DNA of 44,430 nucleotides from Perkinsus olseni (Eukaryota): NCBI GenBank assembly GCA_013115125.1, contig JABANN010000274.1, positions 1 to 44,430 of the forward strand, read 5' to 3'. Shown piece by piece: positions 1 to 9,900 of this stretch (position 1 is its first letter; each line of letters starts with the position of its first letter). The notes under the pieces were generated by a model. It saw only the letters and a program-made list of their open reading frames with translations, ran no database searches and was not told where the DNA came from. The position numbers and the translations under genes were made by a program.

Positions 1-584
1 GTCTAATACCTCATTATACAGTGATACTATTCCGAGGCGGAAAGGTGGAGTCGAGTTGGCTAATTCCAGTACATACATTTCTTGTTTCACAACTCTAGTA
101 CTTGAGGAGCATCTAAAGTACGCCTTAAGTATAATTTAGGTTGAGGGATACCTACCTAAACTGCTCCTGAAGTCGCGTTTATTACGCATGATGACACTGT
201 GATTCGAACAGGCGCCCTTTCTCATGGTAGCAGGGTGTTCTATCTACTGAGCTGAACAGCAGAAAGTCCGCGAAAGGAGAACTCTGCACTGGGTGCGCCT
301 GATGAATGCAATCGCTCGGACGTGTTCTGTCGCAGCTTACATGGTAAGTCACCATTGATGACAGTGTCACCGTAAAACTCAGTGTTTTGTGATCACAACT
401 TCCCTTCGTGTTTCGCACCTCTCTCCCGTACCAACCTCTCCGGATCGCTGTAAACGGTAATTGGATAATTTCAAATTCAACTGGCTTGTATTATCATCCG
501 CATTTCGATTCCAGTCAGGCGTCCTCATCGACACCTTCCTAGTTTCCAAGAGCACCGAATGAATCTAACGCGCCTTGCAATACG

Positions 585-656
585 CGCTTAACCCAAGGAT
601 AGAACCCGGGTCGCTGGAGAGGCGAGGCAGAACCTAAACCAACGAACCAATTCAGC
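585..656 (-). pseudogene. Degenerate full-length tRNA-like sequence (pseudo-tRNA)
   Basis: 72 nt. Acceptor GCTGAAT/GTTAAGC pairs 6/7, A-box-like TGGTTCGTTGG, T-arm CCGGG-TTCTATC-CTTGG. D and anticodon stems do not pair. Confidence 0.6.
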
Positions 657-704
657 ATTGCGACACATTTGGCTCTAGTACACCTCGTAAATTCCCTGAT
701 TGTG

Positions 705-875
705 CTCCTTAAGTTGCGATTTCAGGTGTACTTAAGTACGCCTTGAATTAAGGAGCTGCTTAAGGTTCTCCTAAACCTTGTGAAACAAGGTTAGTACTTC
801 TTGAGTTCACCTTAAGTAACTCCTTAAGTTGCTCCTAAACTTAAGGCGCCTTAATTCAAGTATCCTTGTGAAACA
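705..875. repeat. CTTAAG-rich mosaic repeat of short direct and inverted modules (related modules at ~95-175)
   Basis: CTTAAG at 708, 731, 759, 811, 823, 840 (also 124). Direct repeats CTCCTTAAGTTGC 705/820, CCTTGTGAAACA 776/864, AAGTACGCCTT 116/734. Inverted pair CTTGAATTAAGG 742-753 / CCTTAATTCAAG 849-860. Confidence 0.75.
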
Positions 876-1866
876 GGCCCGATGTGAATTAAAACGAGCG
901 TTCTACAAATTGGAGCCTTCTCAATGTGACGTTGCCACTAGAATCGTCCTGCCTCCGATCGAGTTCTTTCTAGGCGGGTTCCCGACAGAGACTACCGCGG
1001 CAGCGGGGGCTCACGCTGAGTGCTTAACGCACACTGGAGCCTGGTTTATCCACCAAGAGAGTGCAGTCTCGGACTGCCATGACTAAACCGCCCCTGCCTT
1101 CTAGGCGGCAGACCAGCCGTCACATCGGGAACTAGCCGATGATGAGACGAAAAGGAGACAAAGTCACCACACTGTAATCCCGCTAAAATATCGATTAGGT
1201 CCATGAGATGTGTAAACGAGATATATTTAGTTACCGGATTGCGACATTAGCTGACAAATCGCTGCTAGTCACCAGGCCGTCTACACCATTTCCTGCATGA
1301 GGAATTAAACCAACCCGCGCACAACCAGATGACCTAGGACGCGGGGAGAGTGCTTCGGTCTGGTAGGCCCTGGGATCACCACCCGTGATCTCATGGCTAT
1401 AAACATTGCTTCCAGCTCGAGCGCTGTGCTTCACTTCGTAACCAACTCACAGTGGCTGTCAAGGTTCTGGCTGTAGCCAGTTCAGCTGCCGCCCCTGCCT
1501 GTGGCAAGCCGTTTGACTCGACTCCTGGCTTAGGGGGTCCCAGATGCCTCACGGGTGACACCGCGCTGCTTCTGGAAATCAGAAGCCCGAACAGTGCAGC
1601 AAGCACTGTTTCGAAGGTGTTTCAGCAAGCCTGAAACACCTCCTCCCAGTCCTCCGCGGCTACGCTTTCAAGCGTTAGGTGACACGGAAGCATTATTCGT
1701 CGTCGAGGCGGCGACGTCGTTCGTGTCACCATCCCACTGCACGCATGCGCAAGCGCCAAAGTGTTGCAGCCGAGAGGGGAATGCTTGGGATAACGCCGCT
1801 CGGCACTGAGTATTGGCGTGTCTACAGTAAGCTATCATTACGAACCGATAGTATACTTATTGTCTG

Positions 1867-2757
1867 ATGTCTTCGTTCGTACAATCTCACCGTCGGGCCT
1901 TCCTCGAGCGGCGCGGCACTTTCTGCAGTAGTAAAGCTCATGCCCGAGAGTGCGTATCCAACTCAGCCCCACTCAAAGGGGGCCGCTCGGAAGCCTTCGT
2001 GGGCAAGGTTACTCGTGTAATAATGTCGCTCATTATGACGTGCATGGGCTTGTACATTTTCTTCAACTTGGGCCTCATGGCTTCGAAGAATTTTATTATC
2101 GAGAGGTGTATTTCAAGATGGAGGATGGAGATGCGAGACTTCGATATGGGCCCTCCACCGGTATGGTTGAATAACCCACCCGAGGACTTCCTCCACCTAC
2201 CTCCTGAGGCGGACAAGTACGTTAACGTCTCGCTATCCCTGATGATCGCGAATAATCCGTCGTGGTTGAAAGTCGAGATCTCTGACGTGCAGCTATTTTT
2301 CTCCGGTAGTGCCTTCGTTCATCTGTATATTGACGACGTGCTCGTAGACGGGGATGGAGCAATCTCCATTACTGAGAAGATCCCTCTTGTTGACGTCGAG
2401 GAAAGGGGGTACATTTGCTTGCACCGTGCCCTGATAACGGAGCGAGCGCTGAGTTTCAGAATTGCCTTTGAAGTCGAATTTTCACTTTTTGGTCACAAAA
2501 GCAACCGCTTCAAGCTGGCAACCAACCTCACTTATTATGTTCCAGAGAAGGGCTCCAACGGGTACGACCACAGGCCAAGCCCGGGGTGGACGGCCAGAGC
2601 AGATGAGTGTAGTTGGGCGTCCGGCCAAGCAGGAGTGTCCACGGCAACAGAACACCACTACGGAGAGGTGGTCATGAAGGCAGCTAGCTATGTACCAAGT
2701 CGTGCAGCTATCCCCTACCCCTCCGTACTGCTGGACTTCAACACGAGTTTGCTGTGA
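1867..2757 (+). CDS. Intronless 296-aa single-pass membrane protein, possibly with a LEA_2/WHy-like beta domain; paralog A
   Basis: Open ORF, hydrophobic segment VIMSLIMTCMGLYIFFNLGLM, then VNVSLSLMIANNPSWLKVEISDV. A clear paralog lies at 4693-5595. The domain call is by eye only. Confidence 0.7.
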   Translation: MSSFVQSHRRAFLERRGTFCSSKAHARECVSNSAPLKGGRSEAFVGKVTRVIMSLIMTCMGLYIFFNLGLMASKNFIIERCISRWRMEMRDFDMGPPPVWLNNPPEDFLHLPPEADKYVNVSLSLMIANNPSWLKVEISDVQLFFSGSAFVHLYIDDVLVDGDGAISITEKIPLVDVEERGYICLHRALITERALSFRIAFEVEFSLFGHKSNRFKLATNLTYYVPEKGSNGYDHRPSPGWTARADECSWASGQAGVSTATEHHYGEVVMKAASYVPSRAAIPYPSVLLDFNTSLL

Positions 2758-3987
2758 GTTTAAAACTTGGTTATTTTTTTTTGTAAGATTGTTGTTAGAG
2801 CCCGACGGCCTGCTTTTTTCCTTTCATACACGGTTAATCTCCGGTATTTTATTTTTTTCTATCAAGCACTGCTGATAACACCTCCCTCCCTCGCAGCGCT
2901 CAATATTCGTGGAGCCATCATGACTCAGGCCCGATGTATACGCGTTCACGTGAGTTGATCGATCTGCTCGCGCTTTGCTCGCGGCTCGTCCATCTCGGCA
3001 TAATCAGATCACATGGCGCCACATCAGCCTTTCTCATTCGTCAATGGCGGATTGGATTCAACTTTCGTGAGTGCTCTTCTTGCAAGAAGCCACTCGCTTT
3101 CGTTAAACATTTGAAGATGACCTGATATCTTACTAATTAGTTCTTGCGTTGTCGAGTATAACCCAAGGGCAAAGTACTGTTACAGCCTTGACTCGGGTGA
3201 TACCCAAACAAACTTCGACCACGAGACAAAGAACAACACTACTCAACATATATGGTTTGTAGGGCACCCGGAGATATGATAACAAATCAGTTGAGTATAG
3301 CACAGGCACATACTAGTGTGCTCATATGTTTAACAAACATGAAATACGTCTTTGCTCATAAATCGATATCACTGCCCTCTGTGGGGAAGAGTTTCGGTAA
3401 GAGAAAGGGGATGATACTCCTCACGGCAGGAAAAATGGGGTTTCCGGAGGGTTCCAATCCCGAGCTGTGGCAGGACTCATAGTCTATGACACGAACTCAT
3501 TGTCAAGTGATTCTGTTTGAGCCACTCTCTGCGAGAGGAGGAGGGGGACCGTATAAAAAGTGTTTCGATCTGTGCTTGGGCTATGATATAATAATATCAA
3601 TAGAGCATATAGGAATCAACACAAGGGGACGATCACGATGGGTATCGCGGAACGACGCCGCCAATCGGGCGCCACTTCTCTCCACAACACCTCTTCGTCT
3701 GATACCTGTTGGGCCCTGTAAAATTCCTGATTCGTTCCGCCCAGGCTTGGGAACACAACAGACGCGATATGAGCGCAGATAGGGCTATTACGGCCGGCGT
3801 CTTCCCGCGAGGAAGTTGGGTGAGACCGCGCCTATCAGGGTGTAACCCTGAAGGCACCAAGCTGGTGGCTTAGGAAGCTCGGCTACCAGGTCCCTTTGGA
3901 CCATGCGCTACCAGCCTTCCCCGCAGGAGGAAAGAAAAAAAATGGGGAGAGAGAGAGAGTCAAAGAGACGTACACCGTCAACTGATA

Positions 3988-4004
3988 CTTGAGCCAACAC
4001 GGCT
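3988..4004 (-). other. Degenerate relict spliced-leader fragment
   Basis: Minus strand AGCCGTGTTGGCTCAAG matches the 3' 17 nt of the Perkinsus SL (AGCCATCTTGGCTCAAG) at 15/17. It is not followed by a GT donor. Confidence 0.45.
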
Positions 4005-4349
4005 TTAGACGTGAGATACTGAGCTATGAAGACACTGCACTTTGATGCTGACCGGCTTCTCATTAGCTACGTTGGACTACTCGCACTTCCTCATAGCGTC
4101 AGCGCAACACAGGGAGACAGAGCAGTTGTGCCAGATTAGTGCTTCGCACTTCCACGACGATTCGGGGCTACACTTGGACGCATTTTACGTCTGTTGAAGA
4201 ATTAACTCCAGTTCAACCACGCGCACCATTAACGACGACCTAGAGTCTTAGTTGGCAAGATCATATTTTGGCAAGAGTGGATCCTGCCTAACAACCCGTC
4301 AAACCTAAGAACGCTTACGGGAGAACGCCGTGGGCCGGATAAGCTCAGA

Positions 4350-4508
4350 ATGTTAAACGTTTAACTTAAACGTTTAACATGGGTAGCGAAAGACATGGTA
4401 AGTAGCGGGTACATGGTTTAAGGAACGTCAAGCACAGTAGCGCAAACCTTAAACGGTTTAAGGTTTGCGCTACTGTGCTTGACGCGATAGGGACTCCCTA
4501 TTAGGGAG
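4350..4508. repeat. Cluster of perfect inverted repeats with 1-nt centres
   Basis: 15-bp arms 4350-4364/4366-4380; 29-bp arms 4426-4454/4456-4484; 7-bp arms 4487-4493/4495-4501 and 4494-4500/4502-4508. Confidence 0.95.
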
Positions 4509-4692
4509 GGCCTCTCTGGTGACGCCGTTGCACGCATGCGCAGTTTGCTAGCGGCGGGTCACTCTCCGCTGGAGTCTCTCGGAGTCCCCAGCTCGAGACA
4601 TCATGTTTATAATGAGTGTTTCTCTCCGTTTTACAGCCGTCCTCGGCCATGCCGGGAGAGATGTGGAAAGACAGTACTTCACACTTTGTGTT

Positions 4693-5595
4693 ATGGCCCC
4701 ACTCGTGGAGTCCTACCATGGGAGCGTCCTCAAGCAGCGCGGTGTCCTGTGCGCAGCAGACGCTCATGTCTGCAAGGCTGTATCGAACTCATCGCCGAGG
4801 TCTTGCCGAGGTCTCCTGCTGGAGTCCAGAGGCTCCGTGGAGACTGCGCACCGTGTGATAATGTCGCTCATTATGACGTGCATGGGCTTGTACATCTTCA
4901 ACTTCAACTTGGGGCTCATGGTTTCGAAGAATTTTATTATCGAGGGGTGTATTTCAAGATGGAGGATGGAGATGCGAGGCTTCGATATGGGCTCTCCCAC
5001 GGTATGGTTGAATGACCCGCCTCAGGACTTCGGGTACCTACCTCCTGAGGCGGACAAGTACGTTAACTTATCAGTATCCCTGAACATAGTGAATAATCCA
5101 CAGTAGTTGGGGGTCGAGATCTCTAGAGTTGACATCCATACTTTTGAAGAGCCTCGCTATATGGTCACTTTGCGCGCTGGTAGCGGCACTGCTGTGGGTA
5201 GAGATGGAACCCTTTCGATTTCAGTCAGAGTTCCTCTCGCCGAGGTCAACGAGACAGCGTATTTCTGCTTACGGCACGCGCCGGCAAGGCTACACCACCT
5301 GCCCTTTACACTTGACTTCGAGGCGAAGTTTACACTATTTTCTCATTACAGCAAGACTTTTCTGCTGAGAACGAGAGTCGGTTACGATCTCTTAGAGATG
5401 ACGAATAATCGGAATGAACGCCATTCAGGCTGGCCGGAGGAAATAATCGCACGTAAGTGCCATTGGGTTTACGATAGCGGAGAGGAGCTGCCAATAATGC
5501 GACCCCATTACGGTGAGGTCGTAGTGATGGCAACGAACCATGAATCGTTGGAGTACGCCGTGTCCCTCCCAGAGCCTTTCAGCGAGGGTTCGTGA
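4693..5595 (+). pseudogene. Paralog B of 1867-2757, interrupted by one in-frame TAG at 5104-5106
   Basis: MAPLVESYHG... aligns with MSSFVQSHRR.... NNPQ*LGVEI aligns with NNPSWLKVEI. The same frame stays open and homologous (HYGEVV) to 5595. Confidence 0.75.
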
Positions 5596-6944
5596 CGACT
5601 GATTCTCTAAGAGGTCTTATTTCATGTGAATATTGTCAATGTTGGCATTTTCCTGCCCAACAGCGCTGTTTACTGTCACTTCTTTTTCTCCAGCATCAGC
5701 GGCGGCCAAGTGCGACCGATGAGTTTCATAACCGAGGCGTTGTGTTGATCAGCCTTCTTCTGGTTGAGTTGCCCTCCCGGATAAAAAACGGCCGCATCTC
5801 CCATCGTCCAACTATGAAGTTCTTTTTTCGACAACTGCGCATGCATCATCTCCTTGTAATTATCATCATCATCATCATCCAGTGGCCTCTTGCATCATCT
5901 CCTTCCCTACTCTTTGTAGTTATCAATCGCCAATTGACAACTAGTCTTTGTCTACTACGTGAACATCTTCGATCTAACACTATCATAATTAGTTAGCAGG
6001 GGTACTCGTACGCAAATTCGCACGCAGAGCAGCACGTCCGAGCAGAAAAGGCCCGATTATGTCGTGCGTTTCTCTTCGAGTGGCTCTTCCTGGCTACCTA
6101 CGCCGAGTAGGACTAGCAGCTGCCCGATCCTCTGTAATGCCTCGACGCATCACTTTCCACAATCGAGTAGACTTCCACAATCATGCGCAGCGCATAAATA
6201 ACGCATGATGCGCTGTTTATCGGCACCTAAAAATGGTTACCGTCGTCGAATGTGAATAGCGACGGATAAGCTTCGAGGTTCGAGCGAGAGGAGTAGAAAT
6301 AGGTGGATTCCATCTACTAGATGAGCTAGACCCGCGAGATTCTAGATAGAATCATTCGTAGAGTTGCGGCAACTCAGTTGCCGGCCCGACCAGGCGTTCA
6401 CTAGAGACCTTACGAAGGTCGCCATCCTTGAAAGTCGTACACAGGACAGAATTTCCACTCGAAAAAGCCCCGCTGACATCGGGGCGTTCACTCCGAGTGT
6501 CTCTAGTATCTAACCAACAGACCGCGGAATTAGCAGGTTTCGAGCCCTCCAAGTCGCCTCGACCTATAGTATAGGTCCTATACCTTGTCACAAATGATGA
6601 CAGAACCTTCAAAAAAAGCAATTCATCGAGAAATCCCGAAGGTAGCGGATGAGACTTTGCTACGAGCCGAGAAAAGTGCAATTCTAGCAGTGTCGTCGTT
6701 GTTACACACCTCGGTTGGTGCTAGATTCGAACTTGGAACCTTACAGGGAGCAACTGCGCGCTCTACCATTCAACCATTGCAGATTTTACTGTTTCGCCTG
6801 CTTGGTAGGCGCGTCTGTGTCTTCGGGTGTCTCGTGCAGAGGAAAGTGCGTATCGAGACGCTCCTGGCGATAGCAGAACACAACTCCACGCTCTTTATTT
6901 ACACCAGCAAGCTGTGGATAATAGTTACTGCTTTTCACATGCTC

Positions 6945-9900
6945 TCAATAGTATACGTGTATGATGACAACCTGAGAGACATCAATTCAACGACGGATGC
7001 GGGTGAGAACTCACCAAAATGAATACAATAAATGACGGGACAGAGCGAGAATTAGCATATGCTATGATTCTCGATTTCGTGTTTGGATGGACGTCGCCAA
7101 TGTCGAACCCTCCGATTGGGAGAGTGACCATAACCTGACCCGGGAGGCGTCTCGGGCAGCAGCACTGGCCCAAGTATCTTTCCTCACGCCTGAGTCGCGG
7201 ATCGAGCTGCATCCACCACTCCTCCCGCAAAGGGCCACGAACCTGAGTGATGAGGACTCTTAACTCCATTGCTCACCAAGGAGAAGGCCGACCAAATATT
7301 ATTCGGTGGTGCCTGCTCTGGTACGTAGACCGGGAACCGAAACCAGTACTCCATCTTCAGGATACTGTCAGTCGGGGACGCGTGGACGAGCAAACGATCC
7401 TGGACGAGGAGTTGGCGGTCGAGAAAATGAGGCGGGGGCACCTTCGCTGTGAAGTCTGTCCACTTATCCCGAGTAGTGTCAACAGGGAAGTTTTGCAGAT
7501 TGAGTACATCAGTGGAATGCTCAACAGCCTGAACGAAGCCTGAACCAGAGCGTTCCTCGTCAACAGCCGGGCCGCGGCAGACCCACCAGGAGGCAGGACT
7601 ATCAGGATGCCTCCGATAGGCATTTGGCCATCGGAATCTGGTATGACTTGTTGCAGAAACTCGAAGCGAACTTCCACTCCAAGTTTAGAGTCGGCTCGAA
7701 CGGTCGATGGATACCTCGACCACTCGACACTACAGCTACAGCGGCGACGGCTACTTTCCCTACCATCTCAGACAGTCCGGTCTCGGAACAGTCTGTACGA
7801 CAATCGAGGCTGCATCCTGCTGAGTGTCGCCATCAGAAGCGTCGCCGAAGCTTGGCCCAAGAACACTAGTGGCCGCGTCGATAACCTAAAGGTCCGGTGA
7901 AAACATCCAAACTCCACCGGCCGCTTTACGTTGCCATCGACAGCATCCAGGAGTATCATGTCGAATCCAGTGTGCGCTGGCTGCTGCTCTGGCATGCTCA
8001 CATCGATCACGAAGGCGTAGTCACCGGGGAACTGAGCATATCCACGGCCATAATAAGCACGACGACAGCAACGAATTCGTCCCTCTCCTCTTGGCCTTGA
8101 GGGGCATTTCCCTGTCATTCTTACCAGCGTCTCGGTGAGAGTGATAACAAAGTAAGGCTTGCCCGGATCGGTTGTATCATCGACTTGGCAAATGTCAGCT
8201 ACATTCTGAGCCGAGGTCATAGCGGGAGTATCTTAGGTCGAACTGGCATACCTCAATAGAGTAGAACGGCAGAGATATCTTCTGGAAGGTGGTGCAGGAG
8301 AACTCGAAGCCCGGTGGGTACACGACCTTCAGTTGCCCTCCTGCCGCGATCTTCAAAACCTGAATATCGCCCTGACGACGCACCTCAAAGGAAGAATCTT
8401 ACACTGCGAAAAGTGAAGGCCGTCTGGCTCACGATGTTCAACAGTCGTGCGTAAGTGACGCTGACCGACCTAAGATACGCCTACCAAGATACGGGCCCTC
8501 CTCAGTGGACCTACTTCATCTGCACAACCTCAAACTGCGTTGAACTTTCCCCCCAGCCTATTCTCTCGTCCGAAAGCAGCTTTCCCTCGACGAACCATTG
8601 CACCGTGGTCACTGGGGTCCGTGCCGGGGTCATCACCTTACAAGTAGTAGTACCATCATCATCAGGTTCATAACAGTCATCCCACCTTCAGGATAAGGCC
8701 ATAGGTCGGTTCCGAGATAGCATCTCTGAAGGTGAGTCTCGCCGTCGGTCGCCCAGCCACCGCGTCAGTCGAGGTCTCAGCCAGGGCCGTGCAGCCAGTG
8801 ACAACCTGAGCAGGGCTGGGGACACCGTACGAAGGAGGAGAGGACGCTACAGCTCGAGATGTTCCTCCCGAAACAAGGCAGTCATCGCGAAAGACGAACG
8901 TCGGCGGCGCTACGATGGTCAGCTCGACAGGCCTGATCACGACGAAGAGGGAACGGTGGGGCCTTCGGGTATGCCGGGCTCGAAGCGTCCTGCGGAGGCA
9001 GCTGGCGACCGGAAGAGTTTCTGAAGGCCACTGTTGTGGCGTGACTGTCGGCGGCAATGAGAGACGTGGCGATGATTGTACCATGTACAGCACGATGCGT
9101 AAGGAGAGCCTCTATCGAGAGCGCCGACAGCCTACCGTGCGTTGCCGGGGCTGAGCAGTACGCTAACATCGATGATCGCATTGGGAGGGCTACGAGCGGC
9201 CAGAACCTCCAAACCTAGTGGGTAGACCAACTTGAAGCCACCTGATAGGCGACGCGTCGCAGGATTTCCAAAAGGAGTGGTACTACTGGTGAGGCCATCA
9301 TCACTATTCAGTGGAAGCGCCGATAGACCATCAGCATTAACTACAGAGAGGATGCTATCGCACCGACCTGCCGTGAAAGCTTTTACCATCGGGGTCAGCC
9401 CCTTCGGGACCCCAGGTCTCCAACCGCCAGGACCCCAATCCTGCTGCCGCTGTGGATGGTGTGAGGCACATTACCGACAGCCGATACTCTGAAAGAGATG
9501 GTAAGGAGTCACCAACAACGGAGTTATTTCTCCTGATCCCTCAAACTAGATGAATGCCCACCTCTATAGCGCAAAGAGTACGCATACTGGCTGAGGTTGC
9601 AAAGTACACTGCGCTTTAACAGCGCCGTCACGCGTTGTGCAATGCATATTACACAATGGGTGAGAATCTCAAGCGAGGACTAGCCCAAGGCACCTGTGGT
9701 TGCCGCCAAGCCCTGGTCGCTATCCACCCGAGCTATCAACCGGTTGCCCTCATAGTAGACAACCGTTGTGTTCACAGGGCCACCTAATCAGAGTCGATAA
9801 GCTCGCTCGAAACCCGGCGCTTCAATCGCCCCACCATCAACATGAGTGACATCAAGTCCTCCCTCTACAGTGTACTCCCCGCTAGTCACGCGGATCACTC

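Noticed and set aside
3447-3472. GAGGGTTCCAATCCCGAGCTGTGGCA, plus similar weak matches near 6522-6548(-) and 19520-19540(-)
   Set aside because: Each deviates in the core TTCRA. They may be family members but are too weak to assert.
5861-5880. (ATC)n microsatellite; also (GA)n near 3947-3959 and a short duplication near 38821
   Set aside because: Ordinary simple repeats.
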